This document shows positions 46,529 to 57,180 of a stretch of DNA of 60,482 bases, piece by piece; the first letter of the stretch is position 1; each line of letters opens with the position of its first letter. Position numbers and translations under genes: made by a program. Under the pieces are notes generated by a model, which did not search any database, had not been told where the DNA came from, and saw nothing but the letters and a program-made list of their open reading frames with translations. This stretch comes from a virus (Duplodnaviria; Caudoviricetes). Location: IMG/VR virus record IMGVR_UViG_3300040733_000119, positions 1 to 60,482 of that record. The stretch is one strand, 5' to 3'.

Positions 46529-47024
46529 AACAGGGCGATACCGCTCCATCAGCAAGACCTCAATGCCCGGTGTACGAGCAAAGACCGGAAGGCTGCTGGC
46601 CAAGCAGAGGGCGAATCTTGCTCAGGCTCGGCATAATCTGGATGTGATCATGGAGCATATAGAGAAAGAGTTCGGTCCGGAGGCTCTTGAAGCAGTGCTC
46701 TCGGTGATTCAAAACGTGGCTAAAAACCCGGCACGGCCTGGCGCCTGGCGGGACCGGACTGGCAATCTGCGTGACAGCATCATGGTAGAAATCCTGAAGC
46801 CCAATGAGGTAAAGATCCTGAATTATCGTCATGGCCGGACCGTCGGCAAGAACGACACGAAGATGATCCTGGGGCTCTTGTTTGCTGGAATGGAATACGG
46901 TGCAGCCCTGGAGACAAGGCCGGGATATTCGGTTTTGGGCTATGCGGTGGAATCGCTCAAACGGCGGATGACCCCGCTCCTGGCACAGAAGCTCAAATTA
47001 ACCGGAAAATCGGAAAGATATTGA
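46515..47024 (+). CDS. HK97 gp10-like tail completion protein
   Basis: WRDRTGNLRDSI..AGMEYGAALE. Confidence 0.7.
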   Translation: MPAIKTGRYRSISKTSMPGVRAKTGRLLAKQRANLAQARHNLDVIMEHIEKEFGPEALEAVLSVIQNVAKNPARPGAWRDRTGNLRDSIMVEILKPNEVKILNYRHGRTVGKNDTKMILGLLFAGMEYGAALETRPGYSVLGYAVESLKRRMTPLLAQKLKLTGKSERY

Positions 47025-47025
47025 T

Positions 47026-50000
47026 ATGCTGATCGACCGTTTGCATTACGCGCTTGGCCTGGATACTTCCGAGCTGAAGAGCGGCGTTCTGAACGCTCAC
47101 AGCCTCATGGGGGGCCTGGACAGGAAAATGGCCGGCATGGCAAAAGGGGCCGGCATCGCCGCGATAGCTTTGGCTCTTGGGAAAATCGGCATCGAAGCAA
47201 CCAAAATGGCTGCTGAACTGAATGCCGCGATGGGAGAGGTCTGGTCGATCACTGACAAGACCAGGGAGGAAATGGAGGGTCTTACTCAGAATATCATCGA
47301 TCTGTCAAGGAGAACCCCTGAGGTGGCCCCAGCCCTCGCCAAAGCCTACTATCAAGTGCTTTCCGCCGGCATCACCGACACGACTGAGGCCCTGGAAGTG
47401 CTGGAAGTATCCTCGAAAGGCGCTACAGCCGGATTAACGTCAACGTTCACCGTGGTTGACGCCATCACCAACATCCTCAATGCCTACAATCGAGAGGCCT
47501 CGGAATCAGCCGAGATCTCGGATGATCTGTTCACGGCAGTCCGCGACGGCAAAGTTACTATGGAACAGCTGGCACCGGCGATTGGCGCGGTGGTCGGTAC
47601 GGCGTCATTGGCCAAGGTAGAGCTGAAAGAAGTCCTGGCTGCCATTGTTGCCATGACGCTGTCGGGATACTCCGTTGATGAATCGGTCACCTCCATCAAC
47701 CGGCTGCTGCTTTCAATCGTGGATACCCAGGACTCGGCAAAGGAAGCCGCCAAGACGGTGGGGATCGAGTGGTCGGTCGCCGGACTCCGGGCAAAAGGAT
47801 TCCAGAAATTCATCCAGGAGCTGAACGATAAGGCGGGTGACAACATCGAACTGCTGCAAGCCATTGTGCCCGAAGTCAGAGCGTTTCGAGCTGCAGCCGT
47901 TATCGCCGGAACGGGCGCGGAAAACTACGCCCGCAGCCTGAATAACCTGAAAAATTCTGCCGGCGCCACTGAACAGGCTCTGTCAAAAATCCTGGAGGAC
48001 CCCAAAAAGCAATGGCAGATCCAGAAAAATCGCTTCAACGCCGCCCTCATTGAATTAGGCTACAAAATTCTCCCCGCTGTCAAGCTGGCGCTGCAAGGGG
48101 TCAATGACCTGTTCGAAAAGGTGGGTCTTACCGGATCCACTGCAGCGGAACGGCTTAAAACGGAGTGGGCCGGTGTTGCCGCTTCTATCTCAGGCGTCAG
48201 CGATTTGACCTCACGAATCGGCGTACTGCAAAAGGCCCTCACTTTACTTTTGACGCCAGGACCGGATACAGCAAAGAATCTTGAGGAAGTCAGAAAGCTG
48301 TTTCTCGCCTTCCCCGCCATGAGCGCTGAGGCCAAAGCGGTCCAGGGATACCGTGAAACGTCATCTGCTGACTTGTTATCTGCCCTCCACGCCGAGCTTG
48401 ACTACCTGAAAAAATCAGCTGAGGAAGCTAAAAAAATCGGGCTTGAGGAAAAGCAGCGGATTATCACGGTGAGCGAGCTGCACAAATACCAGCAGCAAAT
48501 AACCTCGCTGCAAAAACAGGCCAAGGCGCTCGGAATGACCGAGGAGTATAATCGCCTCGCTGGTATTATGGAAGGGCTGAAAGCCTCTGAGCAGCAGTGG
48601 ACTGCTGAGAAACGGGCTGGCATTGTCGCGATGAATCGGGGCGCCACTGAACAACTCGTCCTGGCGAAAGCCTTTGAGGCCGCCGGTGAAAATGAAAAGA
48701 ATCTGAAAAGGGAGCTGCTGGATGATACGCAAAAGCTGATGGTGAGCGATGTAAAAATTGCGGAGTTGGAAAAATTGAAGGCCACTCTCGGCAAGGCATC
48801 AGCAGAAGCAGCACAAAAAGCGGCTGAGGCCAGGGCGGATGAGCTCAAGGCACTGGAGGCAATGGAGCGGCTCAAGCCGGCTGGAGGATACCAGTGGATG
48901 CCGCAGAGCACCATCACACAAACCTCTCTCATTCCGACCATGCCCTCGCCAAAGACCGCGCCTGTGAAGGAGTTCAACAACGAGCTGAGTAGACTGTGGA
49001 ATACATTCGCCTATGGCGAGGATGCAGCTCAGAACTTTACGGCGGCGGGGATGAAGCTGGTCGATACTTTTCTTGAGGGCAATCAGCAGGCACGTCAATT
49101 CGCCAGTGGCGTCATCCAGTTTGCGGAAGGACTGGCAACGCATAATCCCCTGAGCGTTTTCGAAGGATTGGTCGATGTTTTCGCAGGTCTGTTCAGCAGC
49201 GGCAGTAAAGCTGCTGACTCTACAATGTCGCTCACTGAAAGAATAGAAGCCTATACCGAGCAGCTCAGAGAGATGAGCTACCTTCAAATCCAGGGCCAAA
49301 TTACAACGCTCGAAAACTGGTACAGAAGCCTTTCAGGAATTGAGAAAACAGCCTATAAGAAGTTTTACGAAGAAACCATTGGAATTCTCAATGACCAGTT
49401 GGCCAATTTCGGAAAATGGGGCGACGACTTTGCCAGCATGATCGAGCGGTGGAATTACGAGGTAAGGGTGCTGAACATCGAGGATCCGGCTGAAAAATTC
49501 AAGATGCTGGTCCGCTATGCCAAACAGTACCTGGGAATCGATCTGCCAACAGAGGTGGAGGACGGACTCGCAAAAATCCGGCTGTTCCTCGAATCCCTCG
49601 GGACTGGAGCCAATATCAAGGACGCCTGGCAAGCTGCATTCGGCATGGCCATGCCCACCTCGTTGTCAGAGGAGCAATTGCGAGAGCTGGTCGAGGCGTA
49701 TAGTGAAGCCCTTATCGCCATGCAGGAAGCGGCGGAAGAAACGGCTTCATCCACAACCAAAACAGAGAAAGAATCGGTTACGTTCACCAAAACCAAGCAG
49801 ATCACCTACCGGCAAGCTGATGAGATGATCCTGGCCCTCTGGTCAATCGACGACTATGCCAGAAAAATGCTCAAGGTATTGACCGACCGGCTAACCGGAT
49901 ACAGCGCAGGCAACGTCACGCTCCCGGTCGGGACGGAAGTTAAAATTGACATCAGCGATTTGATCAGCCGGCTGAATATCTATGCCACCAACGTGATAAT

Positions 50001-50145
50001 CAGCAGCCAGAACTGCATTGTGGATGTCTCGAAGGCTGAAGTTTTTCTCAGCGGAGCAACCTTCAATCCGGCAACCTACAGCTCTTTAATCACCAATGAA
50101 TCGACCCGGGTCCTGCGCAGTCAGGGCCTTGCCTGGGCAACATGA
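47026..50145 (+). CDS. Tape measure protein (TP901-type core)
   Basis: 1039-aa helical protein; AYYQVLSAG, DDLFTAVRDGKVT. Confidence 0.9.
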   Translation: MLIDRLHYALGLDTSELKSGVLNAHSLMGGLDRKMAGMAKGAGIAAIALALGKIGIEATKMAAELNAAMGEVWSITDKTREEMEGLTQNIIDLSRRTPEVAPALAKAYYQVLSAGITDTTEALEVLEVSSKGATAGLTSTFTVVDAITNILNAYNREASESAEISDDLFTAVRDGKVTMEQLAPAIGAVVGTASLAKVELKEVLAAIVAMTLSGYSVDESVTSINRLLLSIVDTQDSAKEAAKTVGIEWSVAGLRAKGFQKFIQELNDKAGDNIELLQAIVPEVRAFRAAAVIAGTGAENYARSLNNLKNSAGATEQALSKILEDPKKQWQIQKNRFNAALIELGYKILPAVKLALQGVNDLFEKVGLTGSTAAERLKTEWAGVAASISGVSDLTSRIGVLQKALTLLLTPGPDTAKNLEEVRKLFLAFPAMSAEAKAVQGYRETSSADLLSALHAELDYLKKSAEEAKKIGLEEKQRIITVSELHKYQQQITSLQKQAKALGMTEEYNRLAGIMEGLKASEQQWTAEKRAGIVAMNRGATEQLVLAKAFEAAGENEKNLKRELLDDTQKLMVSDVKIAELEKLKATLGKASAEAAQKAAEARADELKALEAMERLKPAGGYQWMPQSTITQTSLIPTMPSPKTAPVKEFNNELSRLWNTFAYGEDAAQNFTAAGMKLVDTFLEGNQQARQFASGVIQFAEGLATHNPLSVFEGLVDVFAGLFSSGSKAADSTMSLTERIEAYTEQLREMSYLQIQGQITTLENWYRSLSGIEKTAYKKFYEETIGILNDQLANFGKWGDDFASMIERWNYEVRVLNIEDPAEKFKMLVRYAKQYLGIDLPTEVEDGLAKIRLFLESLGTGANIKDAWQAAFGMAMPTSLSEEQLRELVEAYSEALIAMQEAAEETASSTTKTEKESVTFTKTKQITYRQADEMILALWSIDDYARKMLKVLTDRLTGYSAGNVTLPVGTEVKIDISDLISRLNIYATNVIISSQNCIVDVSKAEVFLSGATFNPATYSSLITNESTRVLRSQGLAWAT

Positions 50146-50158
50146 AAGAGCGACAGCG

Positions 50159-50590
50159 ATGGGCGACGAACCATTTGAAATCAAGTTCAACGGCACGGAT
50201 TGGGCAAGCTACGGCTTCAAGCTGGTCAAGGATGGCGTCCAGGGCATCGACGAAATGAGGCAGGTGCGGCAAGACATCGTGTGGGTGCCCGGCCGTGACG
50301 AGCCCTACTATTTTGGCGCCTTCCTGGGTGAGAAGCATATCACCGTGACCGGCCTTGTGAAAGCGACATCCAGAGCCAACCTGGTTTCATACCTGGGCTC
50401 GATCAAGACCAATCTGCAGACTTCGTTGACAGCGGCCAGGCACTTGGTATTCGGGGATTCTGCTGACTATTACCAGGCCATTTATGACGGCACATTTTCT
50501 GTTCAGTTCATCGGATCCGGACTGACAAGCACGGCGGCGATTATCTCCGTCGGCTTTTTGATCACGGCGGACCGCTGGGTAACTTCTTGA
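50159..50590 (+). CDS. Distal tail protein-like (copy 1)
   Basis: VPGRD, ITVTG, LVFGD; follows tape measure. Confidence 0.65.
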   Translation: MGDEPFEIKFNGTDWASYGFKLVKDGVQGIDEMRQVRQDIVWVPGRDEPYYFGAFLGEKHITVTGLVKATSRANLVSYLGSIKTNLQTSLTAARHLVFGDSADYYQAIYDGTFSVQFIGSGLTSTAAIISVGFLITADRWVTS

Positions 50591-50600
50591 GGCTGCTGAT

Positions 50601-51023
50601 ATGGCGCTGCTGTTTGAAATAACCTTCGCCGGCACGAACTGGGCAGACTTTGGCTTTACGATCGTGAAGGACGGCATCCAGGGGCTTGAAGCGATGCGGT
50701 CCCTGCGGCTGGATCTGGATTGGCCGGCTGCGAGCAACACCCCGATCTTTTACGGCAGCGAGCTTGAATCCCACCAGGTTACGGTCACCGGTGTGGTGGA
50801 AGGCTCATCCAGAGGAGACCTGAAAACAAAGCTGGAGCAAATCAAGGACTCCCTGGCCGATAGTCTGGGCGCTGTCCAGGAACTTTATTTTGGCGATGAC
50901 CTGGCAAACGGGTATCGCTGTGTTTTTGATGGAACATTCACGGTCAAAATGATCGGATCGGCAATAAATGGATCGGCCTGTCTTTTGACGGTCGGATTCC
51001 AGATTTTCAGTGAGAGGATTTGA
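50601..51023 (+). CDS. Distal tail protein-like (copy 2)
   Basis: Paralog of the previous gene (FEI.F.GT.WA..GF..VKDG.QG). Confidence 0.65.
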   Translation: MALLFEITFAGTNWADFGFTIVKDGIQGLEAMRSLRLDLDWPAASNTPIFYGSELESHQVTVTGVVEGSSRGDLKTKLEQIKDSLADSLGAVQELYFGDDLANGYRCVFDGTFTVKMIGSAINGSACLLTVGFQIFSERI

Positions 51024-52879
51024 GGAGAGCGACCGTGGCATTTGGTGATTATAACTACAAACTCGAAATCTACAACATCGCGAACACCATCAAGCAGTGC
51101 GAATTTGTCAGATCGGATCTGCTTTCGGGTGAGGTGGTGCAGGAAGTCTGCGGCGAGGAATCCCTCACCTTTCAGATTCCCCGCAGCCATGCCAATTTTG
51201 GCTATCTGGCAAAATTCCGGGTGGTCCGGCTGTATGACACCGATCTGAGCAGCTATAATTGCTACCGGATCAAACGCATAAAGACTTGGCGGGAACGCAG
51301 GAAAGTGCTTGCGGAGATCTATTGCGAGCACCTGAAATATGACCTGGCCGATCGCGTCATTCCGGAGGAAAAGCACTTCATCCAGGAGAGCCCGCAGACC
51401 ATCCTGGACTTTATCCTCGGTTTCTCGGACAGTTTTACCAGGGGCGTATGCCCGGCCATACCTGTGATCGATTTCGATATTTGTTATCAAACGTGCCTGG
51501 ATGCCATCAAAGACCTCGCCGATGCAACCGGTTTCGATTATGTCGTAACCGCCGGAGCGGCGCCTTTTTATAAGGTGGTTTACATCATGACAATGGGGCT
51601 CGATTCGGTGACGATTTCATATGGGGAAAACCTGAAAACCATCACCTGCCAGGAAAATGTCGAAACGGATTTTGCCACCAGGGTCATTGCCAAGGGCGGA
51701 TCCGCCCTGGTCGATCAAAGAAAACTGGACAGCGGGGTGATCGGGCTCGTAAAGCCAGGCATCATGAACGTTGCAGGCGCGACCTTCATCATCAAATCCT
51801 GGGATCCGAGCGGCTACTGGCTGAAAGTGACCAGCAAGAAGATGGTCAGTGCAGGGGATGCACTCAATGGCATGTACGTCTTGCTCAATAATGAGCTGGT
51901 GATGATCATCGACAGCGACAAGGCCTCTGACGGCGACCGGGTCCGGCTGGATAGCGCACCGCCCGGCACGATCAGTGCCGGCGATCGCATCTATATTTTT
52001 AAAAGCGAGTCCGACCTTGCCGACTATGTGCCCGACCTCGGCCTTGAGGCCGGCGGAACCTATCAGAGAACTGAGGCCATTCTCAACGTCGATGACCTTC
52101 CGGATGTGCTGAATGTCGCAGGTCCGGAAGGCTACAGCGATCTTTCTGGCGCCTACAGCAGCGGTGTCTGCCAGGGGTGGGAGGCTGTCGAAGGAGCTTC
52201 CTGTTCAGAGAACACGGATACCGATTACATCCGGACCGGCACTAAAAGCCAAAAGGTCATCTGCAGCGCAGATGGAGACGGGATCAAGCGCTCGGTGAAT
52301 TGCGGGCAAGCGGAGGTCGCGTCCTTTTATATCTGGGTTTATGTCGAATCGATCGCGACCGGTGCAAAGCTCAAAGTCCGGCTGAAGGTCGGCGATGGCG
52401 AAACCGATTATTTTCCGCAAAACGCCGATTCAGGGGAGGATGAAGCCTTTATCGAAACGACCGGCTGGCGGCAGATCATCGCCGAGGGCGGCGTCTTTGA
52501 TACAACCGGTGAACACGACCTGGAGATCCTGGCAGTTGATGGAGCCGTCACCTTCTATCTGGATTCTGTCATGGTGCAATGCAGCGAGTACATAACCGAG
52601 GAGGATGTATTCTACGCCTGGGACACGCGGGTGCTGCTCTGGGAAAAAGCCGTCACCGAACTGACCAGCCTTGCTGTTCCGACGGTTAAATACGACCTGG
52701 ACATCATAGACCTGTACGAAGCTGACCGGGATGAATATTCGCTACGACAGATCACAGCCGGGACGGATGTGGAAATCGTAGACGCTGGCCTCGGGTTGAC
52801 CGGCGACCCGATCAGAACAAAACGCAAGACCTGGAACCTGCTCAGACCCTGGGAGGCAAGACTTGAAGTCTCGAGCTGA
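51020..52879 (+). CDS. Tail tip/Tal (prophage tail endopeptidase-like) protein with a carbohydrate-binding-like insertion (alternative start 51035)
   Basis: LTFQIP, CEHLKYDL, YGENLKTI, TRVIAKG. Confidence 0.75.
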   Translation: MRRATVAFGDYNYKLEIYNIANTIKQCEFVRSDLLSGEVVQEVCGEESLTFQIPRSHANFGYLAKFRVVRLYDTDLSSYNCYRIKRIKTWRERRKVLAEIYCEHLKYDLADRVIPEEKHFIQESPQTILDFILGFSDSFTRGVCPAIPVIDFDICYQTCLDAIKDLADATGFDYVVTAGAAPFYKVVYIMTMGLDSVTISYGENLKTITCQENVETDFATRVIAKGGSALVDQRKLDSGVIGLVKPGIMNVAGATFIIKSWDPSGYWLKVTSKKMVSAGDALNGMYVLLNNELVMIIDSDKASDGDRVRLDSAPPGTISAGDRIYIFKSESDLADYVPDLGLEAGGTYQRTEAILNVDDLPDVLNVAGPEGYSDLSGAYSSGVCQGWEAVEGASCSENTDTDYIRTGTKSQKVICSADGDGIKRSVNCGQAEVASFYIWVYVESIATGAKLKVRLKVGDGETDYFPQNADSGEDEAFIETTGWRQIIAEGGVFDTTGEHDLEILAVDGAVTFYLDSVMVQCSEYITEEDVFYAWDTRVLLWEKAVTELTSLAVPTVKYDLDIIDLYEADRDEYSLRQITAGTDVEIVDAGLGLTGDPIRTKRKTWNLLRPWEARLEVSS

Positions 52880-55535
52880 TCTGGCCAGCAAGATCCTCGG
52901 CCTGACAAATAAAGCGACGCGCACTGCATCGACGGTCACGACCCGCGACAATAGCCGGCTGAACCTCGGCAGGGCTTCGCGGATTGCCATCCCGATGATC
53001 CGGTTCAAGGATGAGACCGGATCTCTGAAAGACGCCAAAGCAACCGGTCATACGGCTTACTCAGACTATAAAGATTCAGAGGCCATTGCTGCCGTCGAGG
53101 GTGAGGATGAACTGGATCTGAACGCTACCAAGGTGATTTTTGGAGCCGAGCAGGATATCCTTTCCTCTATCATAACGTTGGAGTTTGGCACACCGCTCCA
53201 GGTCAATGAGCTTGCTTACATGGGATCTGTCTCCGGTACGGGATCCGGCACTCTGCTGCAAAACGCCCATGACTGCGCCTTCACCAATGATGACCATCTG
53301 ATCGTTTCGAGCCGTGGATCCGACAACGCGGTCACGGCCTGGAACCTGCTCTATGCCAGGTATACGAAACTGATGGGGGCGGTCAGGGGCGCCGGCACTC
53401 CCAATTTTATGGATGACGGGGTGGTTTGCCGGCCGCACCCGACAAAGTCCTGGGTGGCCTATGCAGCCTACGCAGATGCTGCTGTTCATGTGATCGACGT
53501 TTCTGATCCGAAAAATCCCAAAATCATCGGAACGGCCCAGGGCGCGGGAGGAGAAAACGGCTTCCACCTGGATCATCCGCATTCACTGATTTTCTATGAG
53601 GATTGGCTGGTAGTCGTGTGCGGGGAGGATGCTTCACTCACTGTGATAGATGTCAGGGATCCAGATTCCGAGACCTGGATGGGCAACCTGGGCGAGATCT
53701 ACGGGGCGCACGGGGATAGCGGACTCTATCTCTATGGCGTCTCGGATGTGGCGGTCAAGGAAATCGACTCGATCATCTATGCTTTCACCTGCTCCAGGCA
53801 GGACGGGAACAGAGACGATCCGGATGATGAAGATAGCGCCGGCTGCCTGTTGTGCTTCGACATCACCGATCCGACGCATATCGAGTTGGTTGGGGGAGCG
53901 TACTGTGACCAGGCGCCCTACGGTGATCCGGATTCCTATGAGCTGGAGGGCGGAACAGGGATCACCATTGATGATGACGACCTGGTCTACATCTCCACTC
54001 GCTGGCAGAACCGGGCTACTCAGCCCTATGACTCAGGTCTGGCAGTTGGTTCTTTGATAATTTTCGATGTGAGCGATCCGACAAGCCCTGTTTTCATGGG
54101 CTGCATAAAAGGGAGGGGGACCGGAGCAACTGTCGGTTCCTATCCGAATGGCATCTACTTGGGAGAGGGGCACTGGGTCACAAAGCACGGCGACCTCTGT
54201 GCGGTATCGGCATTCACGGATGACTGTGTGACGTTGATCGACGTCAGCGATCCGGAGAACCCGACCCAGGTCAGCCACATGGGCACGGCGGCGGATTACT
54301 GCAACGGACCGGTGGGCAACTTCTTTTCCAGTGATGGCAATTTGATCTATGTGGCAGTTTGGTGGAGTTCGGCATTTCTGGTCTTTGACATTTCCACCCC
54401 AGCCTCGCCGGTCCGGGTGGGCGGCAAAACGGGAATAGGCTACCCCTATTATCTGGAAGGGGCGCACGGGATCTGCCTGTCTAGCGATGACCACTACGTT
54501 TATGTTTCAAGCCGGAAATCCGATGACGCCTTGACAGTCTGGTCTTCTGAGGACGGGATCCGCCTGGAGACGACCTATGAGGGCTATTTCACGCACAGCG
54601 GGATGCTTGCCCCCGTGAGGATCCATGTGGACGGCAATTACTGCTATGTCGCAGCCAGGGACTCAAACCGCATTCTGAAGCTGAATATCGCGACCAAGTC
54701 GTCAATCTACAATGCCGGGTCCATTTCAGGATCCGGATCTCCGAATTACCTGGGCCAGCCGAATTGCGTCCTGAAGTTTGGCAACTATCTTTACGTCGCT
54801 TCCGGCAGCGACAATGCAATGGTGATCCTGAATGACATTGCCGGCGACAACTCTCCGACGCTATGCGGGGTCTATCAGCACGCGACCTATTGCTACGGAG
54901 CAATGGCGGTGCAGGTCAATTCTACCGCCACAAGAGCATATGTCTCGGCACTCAGCGGCTCTCGGATCACGGTCCTGGACATCACGACCAAGTCAGCGCC
55001 GTCTTATCTGAATTCAGTCACCGGCAACGGGGAGCCCTATTATCTGAACGGGATCCGCGATCTGCTGCTGCTCGACGATCAGTACCTGCTGGGCGCTTCA
55101 AGCAACGACGATTGCGTGGTGCTCTACGACGTTTCTGCAGTGGACGCTTCGACGCCGCCGCGTCTGGTGGCAGTATTTCAGGGAGCGGGAGCGCCCAAGT
55201 ATTGCGACCGGCCTTACGGGCTGGCGCTCTACGACGCGGACACGATCCTGGTGGCATCCTACAACGACAGCTCGATCAACGAACTCACGATCGATGAGGA
55301 AAAGTTCACGCGGGACAACGTGATATTCGGCAGCTCCTATTATCTGACGGGAGTGACGAATCTGGACGTGGGCACGGCTCACGGAAAAACCTACATTGCC
55401 AGCACTGCCTACACGGATAATGCTTTTTCAATATTCAAGGTGTCGGAGCTTTTATCGAATCGAGAGGTCGGGATCCGGAGCAACTTCGGTCAGATCGAGA
55501 TTAAGAGCGCGTTTGGAGATTGGACGAAGGTTTAG
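52863..55535 (+). CDS. Receptor-binding tail protein with LVIVD-like beta-propeller repeats
   Basis: Repeated VIDVSDP.NP / YVYV units. Confidence 0.75.
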   Translation: MKSRADLASKILGLTNKATRTASTVTTRDNSRLNLGRASRIAIPMIRFKDETGSLKDAKATGHTAYSDYKDSEAIAAVEGEDELDLNATKVIFGAEQDILSSIITLEFGTPLQVNELAYMGSVSGTGSGTLLQNAHDCAFTNDDHLIVSSRGSDNAVTAWNLLYARYTKLMGAVRGAGTPNFMDDGVVCRPHPTKSWVAYAAYADAAVHVIDVSDPKNPKIIGTAQGAGGENGFHLDHPHSLIFYEDWLVVVCGEDASLTVIDVRDPDSETWMGNLGEIYGAHGDSGLYLYGVSDVAVKEIDSIIYAFTCSRQDGNRDDPDDEDSAGCLLCFDITDPTHIELVGGAYCDQAPYGDPDSYELEGGTGITIDDDDLVYISTRWQNRATQPYDSGLAVGSLIIFDVSDPTSPVFMGCIKGRGTGATVGSYPNGIYLGEGHWVTKHGDLCAVSAFTDDCVTLIDVSDPENPTQVSHMGTAADYCNGPVGNFFSSDGNLIYVAVWWSSAFLVFDISTPASPVRVGGKTGIGYPYYLEGAHGICLSSDDHYVYVSSRKSDDALTVWSSEDGIRLETTYEGYFTHSGMLAPVRIHVDGNYCYVAARDSNRILKLNIATKSSIYNAGSISGSGSPNYLGQPNCVLKFGNYLYVASGSDNAMVILNDIAGDNSPTLCGVYQHATYCYGAMAVQVNSTATRAYVSALSGSRITVLDITTKSAPSYLNSVTGNGEPYYLNGIRDLLLLDDQYLLGASSNDDCVVLYDVSAVDASTPPRLVAVFQGAGAPKYCDRPYGLALYDADTILVASYNDSSINELTIDEEKFTRDNVIFGSSYYLTGVTNLDVGTAHGKTYIASTAYTDNAFSIFKVSELLSNREVGIRSNFGQIEIKSAFGDWTKV

Positions 55536-55720
55536 AAGGAGAAATCAAATCTAACAGTAATAGTTAATTACGCTTAATAAAGAATACGCTGCGTTTCAAG
55601 ACACGCTAAGCTTTGAGGACCTGGGGAATCTCACACCTGATGGCCCTCTTCGTAACCCATTATTATTCTTACGGCCGTGCGTGGCGCTAAATGAGAATGG
55701 GAGAAAATCGAGGAGGTGCC

Positions 55721-56311
55721 ATGACTCTGCGTACTAAAATGACTATGTCGAGCAAGGGAATTGCCCTTATTAAACAATTCGAGGGCTGCTGCCTTACTAT
55801 ATACGACGACCAAGCCGGCTATCCCAGTATTGGAATAGGGCACCTGCTAACCAGAACAGAGAACGTCTCCGGCAAGATCTGGATTAGCGGCGCACCCTAT
55901 GTCATCTATTATGGGTTGACCGAAGAGCTCTGCATCGAGTTGCTAAAGCAGGATCTGCAAGTGCCGGTTGATACCGTCAACCAGGTAGTGCGGGTTCCTC
56001 TGAATCAAAACCAGTTCGATGCGATGGTTTCGTTTGTCTTTAATGTTGGATGCACTCGCTTCAGGAACAGCGCGATTTTGCAGGCCATCAACGCCGGACG
56101 GCTTGACCAGGTCCCCAGGCAGCTCCGTCTCTGGATCTACGTGAATGACAAGATCAGCAAAGGTCTGCAGAACAGGAGGGAGGCGGAGATCAAGCTCTGG
56201 AATACACCGGTCGAGAACGAAACTCCGGTGGATTCCATGCTGCCAATCGACTTTATCGATCCACCGGAGCCGCGCCGGCCATGGTATAAACGACTCTTTG
56301 GAATGAGGTGA
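55721..56311 (+). CDS. Endolysin, GH24 lysozyme
   Basis: IKQFEG..YDD.AG..SIGIGH, NQNQFDAMVSFVFNVG, GLQNRREAE. Confidence 0.93.
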   Translation: MTLRTKMTMSSKGIALIKQFEGCCLTIYDDQAGYPSIGIGHLLTRTENVSGKIWISGAPYVIYYGLTEELCIELLKQDLQVPVDTVNQVVRVPLNQNQFDAMVSFVFNVGCTRFRNSAILQAINAGRLDQVPRQLRLWIYVNDKISKGLQNRREAEIKLWNTPVENETPVDSMLPIDFIDPPEPRRPWYKRLFGMR

Positions 56312-56314
56312 GTT

Positions 56315-56563
56315 ATGAAACTTCCAGAAGCACTCAGGTTCGTGCCCAAGACCCTGGGGGGAGTCTTTGTGGTGCTGATCGGTGCGGGGATCCAGTACAT
56401 CCCGGTCATCGGCCAGGTAGCCGGCGAGGCGGTGATCAGCGCCGGCGTCATGGCCATCCTTTACGGAATCACCGACAAAGTGATCCGTTACCGCCAAGGC
56501 GGCGATGTACTGCAGAATGAAAAATATGTCGCTCGAAAAGTTCGGGCAACACTCAACAAATAG
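56315..56563 (+). CDS. Putative holin
   Basis: Two TM helices, basic C-terminus, follows lysin. Confidence 0.6.
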   Translation: MKLPEALRFVPKTLGGVFVVLIGAGIQYIPVIGQVAGEAVISAGVMAILYGITDKVIRYRQGGDVLQNEKYVARKVRATLNK

Positions 56564-56586
56564 CTATCTACAGAAAGGAGAAAGCT

Positions 56587-56889
56587 ATGGAACAGGAAAC
56601 ACTCAAAATCAAGGTATTCGGGATCGGCGTGAGCCTGGAATGGCTGATCAAGCTGCTGATGCAGCTGCTGGGCCAGGTCCTGGATCAGATCATCCCTGGA
56701 GAGAAACTGAGCAAGGACCAGAAGAAGGCGATCCGGACCCTGTACTACCTAGGGGACGAGTGGGGCGATGACTTTGTCGCTACCACACCCACGGACTTGG
56801 ACAACGAGGCTCTGGAGAAGATCAAGACAACCTGCGAGGACACGGCTGACGAAGGCGGCTTCGTCCTGCCGGTTGCCCCAGCTCTTTAA
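56587..56889 (+). CDS. Lysis-region hypothetical protein
   Basis: SD AAGGAG; TPTDLDN. Confidence 0.6.
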   Translation: MEQETLKIKVFGIGVSLEWLIKLLMQLLGQVLDQIIPGEKLSKDQKKAIRTLYYLGDEWGDDFVATTPTDLDNEALEKIKTTCEDTADEGGFVLPVAPAL

Positions 56890-56912
56890 CTCCCCACAAT
56901 CCCACAACACAG

Positions 56913-56944
56913 AACGCGGCTGCTTAACACAGCCGCGTTTTTTT
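56913..56944 (+). terminator. Late-operon terminator
   Basis: AACGCGGCTG-N7-CAGCCGCGTT plus T run. Confidence 0.75.
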
Positions 56945-57180
56945 ACCTTCACACCCGCCTGACAACACGTAAATCAGACTTATTTTGAGCCAAAGAAATT
57001 GATGAGCTTTCTTTCGCTCTTTTTTGCGAAAAACTGAATTATTTTTCGTCAATTCATCAGCTATTAACACTTAGATATGCAGAGAAAACAATAAGATATG
57101 AGCAATTTACTTGCATTTAAACGTAGTTAATGGCATGTTAATAATGGAGATAAGTGCTACATAAAATGCGGGAGGTTGCC

